Positions 36,561 through 45,699 of a DNA stretch of 64,000 bases are shown here, piece by piece (position 1 is the stretch's first letter; the number at the start of each line of letters is the position of its first letter). The notes below the pieces were generated by a model. It had not been told where the DNA came from, made no database searches, and was given only the letters and a program-made list of their open reading frames with translations. The DNA is from Kiloniellaceae bacterium. Its GTDB lineage: Bacteria; Pseudomonadota; Alphaproteobacteria; Kiloniellales; J153. The stretch lies in assembly GCA_021776115.1 (NCBI GenBank), contig JAJFGN010000068.1, positions 665-64,664 on the forward strand. Reading direction: 5' to 3'. The position numbers were made by a program, and so were the translations under genes.

Positions 36561-37436
36561 TTACCCAACTCGGCGAAGTTTGCTTTTGATCGGCACCTCA
36601 TCGGCCAACACGCGTTTGACACCATCGCCGTGGACGACAGGCCACATCGCGATATACTTCGACAGAAGGTCCATCCCTCGTGGCTCTAAGCTTGCCGCTT
36701 GGTCGCTGCCCCACATCGCTCTGTCCAGCGTGATATGCCGTTCGACAGCGCAGGCGCCGAACCCAGTTACGGCCATAATGGACGGCATAACGCCGACTTC
36801 ATGGCCGCTATAACCGAGCGGAAGGTTGTATCTTTCACGTAATGTATTGATCACTGACAGGTTGAGTTCATGGTCTTTAGATGGGTATGTCGACGTCGTG
36901 TGCATCAGCACCAGGTTCGCGCCGCGCAGTAATTCCACAGCATGATCGATCTCGTCTATGGTGCTCATACCGGTCGATAGAATGATCGGACGGCCGGTCG
37001 CCTTGATCCGTTTCAAAAGCCCATCGTCGGTTAGGCTCGCCGATGCGATCTTGTAGCAAACCGGATCGAAGGGTTCGAGAAAATCGACGCTGGTCTCATC
37101 CCATGGTGAGCAAAACCAATCGATCCCCTTTTCGCGGCAGTATCGGTCGATCTCCATATATTCGTCTTTCCCGAACTCCAAACCATGCTTGAGATCCCCG
37201 TTTGTCGTCCCAAACGGCGATTCGCGCGAGCGTGCGAGATCCTCCGGCGTGAAGACGATTTCTATGGTACGCTTCTGGAACTTGACGGCGCTGAACTTGT
37301 GCTCGACGGCCTTATCGATAAGTCGCCGGGCGATGTCGATGTCGCCGTTGTGATTAATGCCGATTTCTCCAATGAGATAGCAGGGTTCGCCGGGGCCGAC
37401 GCGCCGACCGCCAATTGTAATCGCTTTCTGCGTCAT
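36561..37436 (-). CDS. NeuB-family ulosonic acid (phosphate) synthase, short form lacking a SAF domain
   Basis: 291 aa. CYLIGEIGINHNGDIDIARRLIDKAVEHKFSAVKFQ, FCSPWDETSVDFL, YKIASASLTD, GRPIILSTGMSTIDEI and LMHTTSTYPS. The protein ends about 50-60 aa short of SAF-containing NeuB/PseI. Confidence 0.8.
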   Translation of the reverse strand: MTQKAITIGGRRVGPGEPCYLIGEIGINHNGDIDIARRLIDKAVEHKFSAVKFQKRTIEIVFTPEDLARSRESPFGTTNGDLKHGLEFGKDEYMEIDRYCREKGIDWFCSPWDETSVDFLEPFDPVCYKIASASLTDDGLLKRIKATGRPIILSTGMSTIDEIDHAVELLRGANLVLMHTTSTYPSKDHELNLSVINTLRERYNLPLGYSGHEVGVMPSIMAVTGFGACAVERHITLDRAMWGSDQAASLEPRGMDLLSKYIAMWPVVHGDGVKRVLADEVPIKSKLRRVG

Positions 37437-37482
37437 TTCCGTATCTCGCTTTCTAGAATGAATCTTCTCCCGATACCTTGCG

Positions 37483-38910
37483 CTAAAGCGCGAGCTTTTC
37501 AGGCGGAACTCGATGGCTGTGGCTGAGGCCGGTTAACTCTTGCATTAGGGCCTGGCGGACGCGTTCACTGGATTTTCCATCCGCATTCCCCGTCCACTTG
37601 GCAAGGGCGGCAAGAGCTGCCGGACCAAGCTGCTCACGGATCGAGCTTGGCGATTGACAGTGACGCTCAATGCGGGCGACCAGATCCTCCACCGAACTCG
37701 CGTGTTCCACGGCGTCATGGAGTTCCACATTGAACCCATGATAACGAGGATCAAGGGCCTCTCCGAAATGCGGTACAACGACCGGCTTGTTGACGGCCAG
37801 TGCCTCAAGCAGAACCGTCGTATTGTGGCCGCAAACGACCCAACTGGCTTCAAGTAGCGGTGTCGCCTCGCCCGCTGCGACAATCCGGAGGTTCTTAGGG
37901 CGCTTTCCTTCCTGATCGAGCAAGGCCGCGACCTCGTCACGCTCATGGACACGAGGACGAACGATGACGTCGTAGGTGGGGTTTCTTTCCGCCAATAGGA
38001 TGGCCGCGCGGTAGGTGCCCCGGCAGAGTTCGTCCCATGCCAGGTCGCTGTCGATCCCAGAATAGCTGGGGAGGAAGTTGTTCGGTAGAAAGGCCAGCAG
38101 CAACACCGTCGGTTGTGGCGAGCGGAGGGGGACACTCCCCGCGGCGGCTAGCCGGCGCCATTTATGATTGCGATCGAGACGCGGCATGCCCACGATGGTG
38201 ATCTGATCGGGGCGGGCGATATACCCTTCGATTTGGTGATCGCGCTCCGACTCGTGGTAAACGAGCACCCGCCGACCAGTAAATTGCCCGCGTTCCTTGC
38301 GAAACAGTTCCCGCAGCATCTTACTTCTCTCTGGCGGCTTAATGCCTTCCTTGTGTAGCACGACGAATGGCGTTCCATTCGCTTCGAGCTCACTGGCAAG
38401 TTCGCGTTCCGCCCAATAACACCAGTTACCCGTCAGGACAGCGTCGTACCTCGACACCATCGACATATATCGCCAGATTTTCTTCCATAGCTTGCGATAG
38501 CGTTGCTTCGCCCGCGTGGCAGCAGGATCGTCGGAGATATAGGCATCGTCACCGCAAATGGTACGTGGCAATATGCCCAGTGCCAGCGACTTTAGTACCG
38601 CGCGCCTCACGCCAAACGCTTGAATCTCCTTCGCTTCGCCGAGGACTTCCAGCACATCTTCGACAAACACCGCCTTTTCAATTACCAGAACACGATGTGG
38701 TGCCGGGCCGCCGGTCAGTGGGCGGATCGTCTTGTGTATTAGGTACGCAGCCGGAAGCGCGAGCCCAAGCTTCGCCAGGATTGGCAACAGCGGCAATGCC
38801 ACGTCAAAACTGCTGCGCGCCTTGGCCAGCACCTTGATGAGGCGGTAGTAGTTCGTAAGCCTTTCGGCAATGTGGCTGAGACGAGGCGTCATCGATCGAT
38901 CGGCCTTCAT
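37483..38910 (-). CDS. GT-B-like hypothetical protein (degenerate HP motif)
   Basis: VIVRPRVHER followed by VVCGHNTTVLLEALAVNKPVV. Start moved from 39048 to ATG 38910 (MKADRSMT), which removes the overlap with the upstream gene. Confidence 0.35.
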   Translation of the reverse strand: MKADRSMTPRLSHIAERLTNYYRLIKVLAKARSSFDVALPLLPILAKLGLALPAAYLIHKTIRPLTGGPAPHRVLVIEKAVFVEDVLEVLGEAKEIQAFGVRRAVLKSLALGILPRTICGDDAYISDDPAATRAKQRYRKLWKKIWRYMSMVSRYDAVLTGNWCYWAERELASELEANGTPFVVLHKEGIKPPERSKMLRELFRKERGQFTGRRVLVYHESERDHQIEGYIARPDQITIVGMPRLDRNHKWRRLAAAGSVPLRSPQPTVLLLAFLPNNFLPSYSGIDSDLAWDELCRGTYRAAILLAERNPTYDVIVRPRVHERDEVAALLDQEGKRPKNLRIVAAGEATPLLEASWVVCGHNTTVLLEALAVNKPVVVPHFGEALDPRYHGFNVELHDAVEHASSVEDLVARIERHCQSPSSIREQLGPAALAALAKWTGNADGKSSERVRQALMQELTGLSHSHRVPPEKLAL

Positions 38911-38930
38911 GTCGTGTGCGGTGTGTGGTG

Positions 38931-40709
38931 TCAAACCGGCTGCAGTACGGCCGCGGATTTGCGGTCGCACTGGCTGTCCATCTGTCTCGGCACGGGAACG
39001 TGATTGCTGCCGTCCGCGGCAATGAATTCTCCCTGACGGGCCACCCACTCATCTTCGGAGCACGCCAAGGCGTCAATGAAGGGGAGGTAGCGTTCGATCC
39101 GGGCGGAACGAATCAGCTTGTGCAAGGGTTGTTCCCGCACGCTTGAGGGCTTGTGGTAGGGGAACGGCCATTGCATGACGAAGTGAAAAATGAAATGGAA
39201 CAGAGCCGCCTCCTTCGCCGCCTCCTGTTCGAACGGCGGAACTTCCGGCAATGCGGCGAGTCGGCGCAAGTGCGCGAAATACGCATCGGTCGATTCGCTA
39301 TCTACGGTAAAGCCCCGCCGACTGTAGTAGACAGTCGCACCGACCACGGCCGTCCTGCCCAGCATCGCCATTTCCATTCCGGTCGTCGAGGAAAAGACGA
39401 CACCAAACTGGCACTTCTCGATCAGGTTGTAGGTGTTCACGGCCTGATCTCCGGGAATCATGGTGAGTCGCTCATGCCCGTTGAAATCCGCAAGGGTTGC
39501 TTCACTACGCTCTTTGCCACCATAGGAGGCGGCTTCCCCGGGATGGGCCCGCACAACCACATGAATGTCGGTTTGCGTCAGCAAAAAGCGAACCGTTTGC
39601 AGTAGCCACTCTCTCATGCTGGGGAAAAGGCCCAGCAACGTGGAGTAACCGGCATCGTAAGGGACGTTGGTGCAGACCAGAACAAAGCGCCGGCCGTCCT
39701 CGACACCCGCAGCGCGCAACGTTTCCTCGAGGGTCTGATCGGGCGATTTCTGCAAAGCCCAACCCCAGTTGGCGGTGGAGGCGTGGCGGCGTTCGTCCAG
39801 CAAAGTCAGAGCGCGATTCACGGCGAAGCTTCGAAAAGGCTCGTTGTGATAGCCAAGCTCCTTGCGATGCCGCCAAGCGGCATCCACGTCGTTGAAGGCC
39901 AGAAAGTGATCGCCGTGGTTGAGCACTCTCACGCCCCGAAAGTCAAACTTCTCAAAGGCATTCACGGGCAGGCCCAGGGCCTTGGCCGTCTGACAGAATT
40001 GCGCCGTCTCGAAGGTGGCGCCATTGGGGACCAGGACCATATCGAAGTCGACCCGATGTCGTGATAAGTACGCCATGGCGATGGCTCGGGTATTGCGGGC
40101 CTGCGTCTTGTAGTAGGTCCATGCCGTCCTCACATCCGGGTCAGTCATATCGATGGTTTCGCGGCGGGTGTACATTATTGTGTCGCTGAGCACCTGCGCG
40201 TTTAGGACCTCTTTGTCGATCGAGATGTTCTCGACCGGGATGTCCGAGAGGTCGACGCAACGTAATCTGCCGCCACTCAGTCGTTTGACACGGCCGAGAA
40301 CTGCCCGCAGGTAGGGCTTCGCGCTCGGATGATCCTCGAGAGGTGGTTTGATGGGACTTTGCAATTTGGGCAGGTAGCCCATGGTAACGCTGTGTCCGCG
40401 CCAGGCCAGAAGAATGGCGACCATGAAATCGTGGGTGAACTGAATCCGGTAGGCGGTAAACAGAAAGATGCGCTTGGGCGGCGGCAACGGATAGGCGGGC
40501 GCCGCATTGAGAGCGCTCAGCCATGCCGGAAGGTGTGCGCTGAGCGACCACTTATCGTTTGGGGTCAGGCGGGTCACGACCGGCGCGAGCGCGAATATCA
40601 AACGCCGCGCAATCGGGCCCGGGTGGCGGTGGGCATAGATGTGGTCGGGAAGCCACTCCAGCCCTTGCCGCAGTCGACGCGCCAATCTTTGGGTGATGGT
40701 CAGGGACAC
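38931..40709 (-). CDS. GT-B-like protein with HP motif; candidate CMP-ulosonate transferase
   Basis: 592 aa. HVVVRAHPGEA followed about 55 aa later by VVFSSTTGMEMAMLGRTAVVGATVYY, which resembles the capsule-synthesis (KpsC/KpsS-type) C-terminal motif. Confidence 0.4.
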   Translation of the reverse strand: MSLTITQRLARRLRQGLEWLPDHIYAHRHPGPIARRLIFALAPVVTRLTPNDKWSLSAHLPAWLSALNAAPAYPLPPPKRIFLFTAYRIQFTHDFMVAILLAWRGHSVTMGYLPKLQSPIKPPLEDHPSAKPYLRAVLGRVKRLSGGRLRCVDLSDIPVENISIDKEVLNAQVLSDTIMYTRRETIDMTDPDVRTAWTYYKTQARNTRAIAMAYLSRHRVDFDMVLVPNGATFETAQFCQTAKALGLPVNAFEKFDFRGVRVLNHGDHFLAFNDVDAAWRHRKELGYHNEPFRSFAVNRALTLLDERRHASTANWGWALQKSPDQTLEETLRAAGVEDGRRFVLVCTNVPYDAGYSTLLGLFPSMREWLLQTVRFLLTQTDIHVVVRAHPGEAASYGGKERSEATLADFNGHERLTMIPGDQAVNTYNLIEKCQFGVVFSSTTGMEMAMLGRTAVVGATVYYSRRGFTVDSESTDAYFAHLRRLAALPEVPPFEQEAAKEAALFHFIFHFVMQWPFPYHKPSSVREQPLHKLIRSARIERYLPFIDALACSEDEWVARQGEFIAADGSNHVPVPRQMDSQCDRKSAAVLQPV

Positions 40710-40715
40710 CGAGGG

Positions 40716-42518
40716 TCAGCCTGCGTTCCGAAAATAGCCGGTCTTGATATTCGCGGCATAACTCGACGACGGTTCGGCCAACCATGCGCCTAGGCATTCG
40801 CGCTCGCGCGCCAGCGCCGGATCTCTCTCGCCATAGCGGTGTAGAATATCTTTGTAGAGGACCGGTCCGCTGGAATCACAGCGCATTTCGATTAGGCCAG
40901 CATCGGTCGGCGTTGGGGCTAGGGCAAGGGAGATCAGCGCCAGGGCGCGCTGGCGCCCCGCTTCATCCGGCGCTGGCAGGTCGTCAGCTGTCCGCAACAG
41001 CCGGATGTAGTCTTCTCGGGATACGGCTTGCTGAACGAAACCCCAATTGCCGTAGAAGCTGCGGTCAGCGGCGATTACGGGAAGTCCGTGCGCGGCAGCC
41101 TCGAGGCCCACTGTGCCATGCACTGTGACGACGATGTCGGCGGCGGTTAGGGCGGTGAGCGAATCCGTGTCCCGGGGGGCGAGGCGCACGTGCGACGGCA
41201 GATCGCCCACCATATCCTGCAGCCGGAAGCCCCCGTACCAGCTCTCGGCGGGATGCGGTTTCAAGACCCAGTCGATATCCGGGGCGGCGCACACTTCCGC
41301 CATGGTCAGGTGCATCCAGTCTAGGAAGTCCGTGAAGTTGCGCATGGCGAAAGTGTGCGGAAAATCGAACCAGACATGTGAATAGATGACGGCAAGCTTG
41401 CGTGCGCCGGTCACACCGAGGGCACGGCGTGCCTCGGCGCGCGAAGGCGCCTTAGAGTGCAGGCGGAACGCATAGCGGACGTTGATGTCCGTGCCCTGGC
41501 CCGACTCACGCCGCGCCAGGTACCGCGCCCCTTCCTCGGACAGCCTTTGCCGCACAATTGCGGGCAAAGCCTCAAATTCGCTTAGGCTCAGGTGCTCCAC
41601 CGGGGTTGCATAGTCGTTGGTATTGAAGAAACGACGAATGCGAATACCCTCGCAGTATCCAGTTAGGTGATGGGCGGGCACGCCGTGGGTCAGGGCTGCC
41701 CACATCAAGGTGGCGAACTCGTTCTTCCAGGGGTGGCTCACGATCACCTGGGCGACCGGCGCCGTTTCCAGCAAGTCCTGATAGATGGCGCAGTTCCGCA
41801 AGCACTCCGCCAGGGTGCGCTCCCATAACGGGTTGCCCAGCGCAGGCTGCGGGTGGCGCGCCAGCTTCAATACGGTGTCGTAGTAGGTATAGGCAGGCAG
41901 CCCCTCGGGTAGTGGCAGGGCCAGAACGTCGGCATGACAACGGACACCGGCAAGCAAAGCGCGGGCCTGGGGCCGAAAGGCCTCGGTGCGATGGCGCGGA
42001 TGGTCTTCGATGGCAATGAACTCAGTAAAGCCCAAGCTTTCCAGCGCCGGTCGGGTGCGGTCGCCGGTCCGGCCAAGAACACCGATCAAGCGCGTGGTCT
42101 CGATGCCAGGGAGGGCCTCAAGAAAAAGGCGCAATCGAAAGAAATGATTCGGGTTGTCCCACAATCCGTCCGCCACGACGGTCTGCGGTCCGGCGCCATT
42201 GGTGACGGGGCCGAGCTTGTCGTAGAGGTGGTTGACTCGTTGCCGATACCATTCTGTGTGCCACTGCCGTGCGAGCCGGGTTCCGGCTCGCGCCCAGGCC
42301 CCAGGGCTGGTGATCTTAGCCAGGATCCGGGTCATGCGGGCACGGCTGTCTGCAGTCGGCCGCGACAGCCATAGGCCCGGCTCATTGCGGCGAAGGCGGT
42401 CTCCTTGCCCTTCAACCCGCAGGGAGGCGGGAAGATGAATCTGGTCGCCAAGCCGCGGTGGAATGCTGGAGGGCTCACCCATTTGTCCGAATCTACTTGT
42501 CGTTGCGCCGGTCGACAA
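40716..42518 (-). CDS. GT-B-like protein with HP motif; candidate CMP-ulosonate transferase
   Basis: About 600 aa. [10 protein letters not shown] followed by [33 protein letters not shown]. Start uncertain (ATG at 42482 is an alternative). Confidence 0.4.
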   Translation of the reverse strand: MSTGATTSRFGQMGEPSSIPPRLGDQIHLPASLRVEGQGDRLRRNEPGLWLSRPTADSRARMTRILAKITSPGAWARAGTRLARQWHTEWYRQRVNHLYDKLGPVTNGAGPQTVVADGLWDNPNHFFRLRLFLEALPGIETTRLIGVLGRTGDRTRPALESLGFTEFIAIEDHPRHRTEAFRPQARALLAGVRCHADVLALPLPEGLPAYTYYDTVLKLARHPQPALGNPLWERTLAECLRNCAIYQDLLETAPVAQVIVSHPWKNEFATLMWAALTHGVPAHHLTGYCEGIRIRRFFNTNDYATPVEHLSLSEFEALPAIVRQRLSEEGARYLARRESGQGTDINVRYAFRLHSKAPSRAEARRALGVTGARKLAVIYSHVWFDFPHTFAMRNFTDFLDWMHLTMAEVCAAPDIDWVLKPHPAESWYGGFRLQDMVGDLPSHVRLAPRDTDSLTALTAADIVVTVHGTVGLEAAAHGLPVIAADRSFYGNWGFVQQAVSREDYIRLLRTADDLPAPDEAGRQRALALISLALAPTPTDAGLIEMRCDSSGPVLYKDILHRYGERDPALARERECLGAWLAEPSSSYAANIKTGYFRNAG

Positions 42519-43569
42519 AATCGAATTTCAGCGCCGTTCCGCGCTTGATCGACTGTGCCGCCCTTCGGCCGAGAACATCGCGCAAGTGCTTTGGCGCCAG
42601 GCCATAGCCGGGCCGGATGGAGCGGACATTGCGTGCCGTGAACGCCTCGCCCGCTGCAATATCTTCAACCACGTATAGCGAGCGGCGGAAGATTACATTC
42701 TGATGCTCGCTCTTCTTTCTCGTGTAGCCGGCCGTGCCCAGCGCATCCCAGGCGGTGCGGCAGTCACGCGCGAGGTCGGCCAGTTCGTCCTGCTCAAGCG
42801 AGAAGGTGGCATCTGGTCCGCCGTCAGCGCGGGACAGGGTGAAGTGCTTTTCGATGACGCAGGCACCCAGCGCAATAGCAGCCACGGATACCGCCGTGCC
42901 AAGGGTGTGATCGGATAGGCCGGTCAGGGTGTCGAAACGTCGTGTCATGTCCGGAATGGTTGTGAGGTTGTAATCCTCCGGCGGGGCCGGGTAGCCGCTG
43001 ACGCAATGCAGCAGGACGATGTTGGCGCATCCGGCGTCGCGCGCCACTCCCACGGCCTCGCTGATTTCCGTCTCGTCGGCCATGCCGGTGGAAATAATCA
43101 GGGGTTTCCCGGTCGCCGCGGCCTTGGCGATGAGCGCGTGGTCGATGGCCTCGAAGGAGGCAATTTTGTAGGCTGGCGCATCCAGGGACTCCAGGAAATC
43201 GACGGCCGTCTCATCGAAGGGACTGCTGAAGACCGTGATGCCTAGATCGCGTCCCTTGGCGAACAATGCCTCGTGCCATTCCCAGGGCGTGTGCGCCTCC
43301 TGATACAAATCGTAAAGCGTGCGCCCGTCCCACAGGCCGCCCTGTATCCGGAATTCTGGTCCGTCATGGTCGATGGTCAGGGTGTCGGCGGTATAGGTTT
43401 GCAGCTTGACCGCATTGGCCCCGGCGGCCTTTGCCGCGTCCATGAGGGCAAAGGCGCGATGGATATCACCATTGTGATTGCCCGACATCTCGGCGATGAC
43501 GTAGGGCGAATATCCTGGTCCGATCGGGCGGCCGTCGATCGCAATCGCGATGTCTTTATCGTTTCTCAC
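42493..43569 (-). CDS. pseI: Pseudaminic acid synthase
   Basis: [58 protein letters not shown] and [11 protein letters not shown], plus a C-terminal SAF-like segment ([27 protein letters not shown]). GTG start with GTGA overlap at 43566-43569. Confidence 0.85.
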   Translation of the reverse strand: MRNDKDIAIAIDGRPIGPGYSPYVIAEMSGNHNGDIHRAFALMDAAKAAGANAVKLQTYTADTLTIDHDGPEFRIQGGLWDGRTLYDLYQEAHTPWEWHEALFAKGRDLGITVFSSPFDETAVDFLESLDAPAYKIASFEAIDHALIAKAAATGKPLIISTGMADETEISEAVGVARDAGCANIVLLHCVSGYPAPPEDYNLTTIPDMTRRFDTLTGLSDHTLGTAVSVAAIALGACVIEKHFTLSRADGGPDATFSLEQDELADLARDCRTAWDALGTAGYTRKKSEHQNVIFRRSLYVVEDIAAGEAFTARNVRSIRPGYGLAPKHLRDVLGRRAAQSIKRGTALKFDFVDRRNDK

Positions 43570-45056
43570 GGCATTGGCCGGGGTTCGCTAACATAATGGC
43601 TGGCATCGACGGGGCGGTAGCCGGCACGCTTGAACAACCTATGCGATGCTGCGTTGCCGGGCAGCACTTCTGCCACCAGGCGCGCGCCGGGAAAAAGCGC
43701 GCGCCCCAGCGACAACGCGGCGGTGGCGATGCCGAGGCCATATTTGTCCGGATCGACGAGGACCGAGACCTCGTAGATATCGGAGTCTTCCGCCCGGTCC
43801 AAGCGCAGCACGCCAGCAGGTGCCCGATCATGCAGGACGAGGCACAGGACACGGTTTGGGTCGCCTAAGGATGCCTGCACCCAGGCCTTGTGCTCGTCGT
43901 TGGTTGGCGATCGAGGCGTGCGAGCATAGTGCCGTGTCTGGTCGGCGGCTTGCCAGCGAAACATGACCTCGGTATCCGCTGCCAAGGCCAAGCGCAGCGA
44001 CACGACGTTCCCGTCACGGGCGCGCGTAGTGGGCAGCAGCGCGCAAAGGGTTCTAAGCGTACCCCTGCCGTCACACAGCTGCGCCGCCCGTTCGCGCATG
44101 CCGAGAAGATCGCCGCTATCCGCGGCCAGATCGTTGATAGCGCGGGCAACCGCCGCCGGCGTCAAGGTATCGCTCCGCCCCAGGAGCCGTGCAGCACCAG
44201 TCCTCGCCAGTTCCTTGGCGGTCAGGTTCTGATTGTCGGCGGCGGTCACGACGAGGCTCGGCACGCCAAGGCAGCACCGCTCCCAAGTCGATATGCCGGC
44301 TGCGCCGATTGCGAGATCCGCGCGTATCATCAGGCCGGCCATATCCGTGACCTGGGCATGAAACTCGACGGCCTGCGCCATGGTATCGGCAAGGCTGCGC
44401 AAACCTTCGCCATGGGGCGAGGCCGCCCCAATCACCACATCCACGGCGGCGTCGATGCCGCTTTGGGCAATGCCTTCAAGAACGATCCTCGTAATGTTGT
44501 GCGGGTCGCTGGCGCCAAGACTCACAAGAATCTGCCGCATATACGGGCTTTCACGCCGCCGCCCCAGAGCTTGCGTCCGTGCCGCGGCAAACTGCGGGCG
44601 CAAAAGGGCGAACCGGGAGCCCAGAAGCAGGTAGCACCCGGTGGGAACGAGCGGCCGATAGTCGTCTTCCCGCCGTCCGGGAGCCTGGTCCAGAAGGAGA
44701 TCGCAATCGTGGCAACGATCAGCGAGATCGTCGATGACCATGATACGCTGTGCCCACGGCCGGCACGCGGTCTCGAATTTGGCATCGCGTTCGTAGTGAT
44801 CCACGATCATGAGATCGCATCCTTGTGGCCAACGACGGAACAGGGCCGCCGCTTCGTCGCCGAAGTCCGCATCAAGCTGGGCGATTTGGTGCTGGCCTTC
44901 TAACAAGGCTGGGATAACGACCGTAGTCTCTGCGGCGCAGGCAAACGCGCATGTCCAACCAGCCGCGCTCAGCGCGTCGGCGAGGGCAAGGCACCGCATC
45001 GCGTGTCCACCGCCGATGTGCGCGGAAGCTTCAACCCTTATAACCGCGAAGGGTAT
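43566..45056 (-). CDS. pseG: Fused PseG (UDP-2,4-diacetamido-2,4,6-trideoxy-beta-L-altropyranose hydrolase) / PseH-like GNAT acetyltransferase
   Basis: GT-B PseG-like body and a C-terminal GNAT ([19 protein letters not shown]...[13 protein letters not shown]). The first canonical ATG is at 44999. The frame stays open upstream and encodes the conserved PseG N-terminus (I)[18 protein letters not shown], so I place the start at ATA 45056 (see finding). End and frame are secure; the start is not. Confidence 0.75.
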   Translation of the reverse strand: MPFAVIRVEASAHIGGGHAMRCLALADALSAAGWTCAFACAAETTVVIPALLEGQHQIAQLDADFGDEAAALFRRWPQGCDLMIVDHYERDAKFETACRPWAQRIMVIDDLADRCHDCDLLLDQAPGRREDDYRPLVPTGCYLLLGSRFALLRPQFAAARTQALGRRRESPYMRQILVSLGASDPHNITRIVLEGIAQSGIDAAVDVVIGAASPHGEGLRSLADTMAQAVEFHAQVTDMAGLMIRADLAIGAAGISTWERCCLGVPSLVVTAADNQNLTAKELARTGAARLLGRSDTLTPAAVARAINDLAADSGDLLGMRERAAQLCDGRGTLRTLCALLPTTRARDGNVVSLRLALAADTEVMFRWQAADQTRHYARTPRSPTNDEHKAWVQASLGDPNRVLCLVLHDRAPAGVLRLDRAEDSDIYEVSVLVDPDKYGLGIATAALSLGRALFPGARLVAEVLPGNAASHRLFKRAGYRPVDASHYVSEPRPMP

Positions 45057-45060
45057 GGCG

Positions 45061-45687
45061 CTATCCCTTCCTGAACAGCCACCACGTCAGATTGTCGAGG
45101 CCGGTCGCGCGCTTCCAGAAGAAGCCGTAGTCCAACAGCGTCAGGTCTGAGTGGCCAGTCATCCAGAAATCTCCGAAGTCCCGCCTGAACAATAATCCGG
45201 CATGACCGCGGTAGGGAATTTCCTCTTCCTTGTCGGAAAAGTACTCGCAGCACATGATGTACTTCGACGACACGCGGTGGATTTCCTTGCACGCCTGCGC
45301 GAGGTCGCCAGGTGCGATGTGGATCAGTACGCCGCTGGTGAAAGCCATATCGAACTCGCCGTCCGCGAAGGGCAAGTCGCCGGCCGCCGCATCGAAGACA
45401 GCCTCCTTCGGAAGAACCCCGTCGCCGACCAGCCGTTCGCGGGCGTCGGGATTGGGCTCGACGGCGGTCCGGCGCGCGGTGGTCAGCTGCTTCAGCGCCC
45501 GCATGTTGAGCCCGAGGTTGGCGCCGACCTCAAGAATACTTTTCGGTTCATCGCCGACGAGCGGGTCGAGAATGCGTGCCCACATACGCGCACGTGCGCA
45601 TAGCGCCACATCGTCGGCAACATTGCGCTTCGTATACTCATCACCGAAATCGCCGCGCCAAGCGTCCAATTGTTTGGTTCCGGTCAT
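45061..45687 (-). CDS. Pseudaminic-acid-biosynthesis-associated methylase family protein
   Basis: 208 aa. N-terminal QLDAWRGDFGDEYTKRN and ILEVGANLGLNMRAL match my recollection of the Pse-cluster-associated methylase family. Sits between the cytidylyltransferase and pseG. Confidence 0.65.
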   Translation of the reverse strand: MTGTKQLDAWRGDFGDEYTKRNVADDVALCARARMWARILDPLVGDEPKSILEVGANLGLNMRALKQLTTARRTAVEPNPDARERLVGDGVLPKEAVFDAAAGDLPFADGEFDMAFTSGVLIHIAPGDLAQACKEIHRVSSKYIMCCEYFSDKEEEIPYRGHAGLLFRRDFGDFWMTGHSDLTLLDYGFFWKRATGLDNLTWWLFRKG

Positions 45688-45699
45688 ACCGGTTCTCGC

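Noticed and set aside
43890-44903. Long antisense ORFs. Examples are 43890..44903 (+, 337 aa), 31262..32212 (-, 316 aa), 45230..45976 (+, 248 aa), 10556..11233 (+), 14561..15223 (+) and 34718..35377 (+).
   Set aside because: Each lies entirely opposite a gene with strong family motifs. Their translations are Arg/Ala/Pro/Gly-rich without motifs. This is the expected shadow-ORF artefact of high-GC coding DNA.
45055-45066. Programmed +1 frameshift at GGA-TAG-C fusing the Pse methylase to PseG, considered as an explanation for the missing pseG start codon.
   Set aside because: The frames differ by +1 and a stop codon is present, as in prfB. However, the P-site codon GGA cannot re-pair in the +1 frame (GAU), and the methylase is already full length for its family. 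An SD-like AGGAAGG is well placed for independent initiation at ATA. Near-cognate initiation or a base-call error is the simpler explanation.
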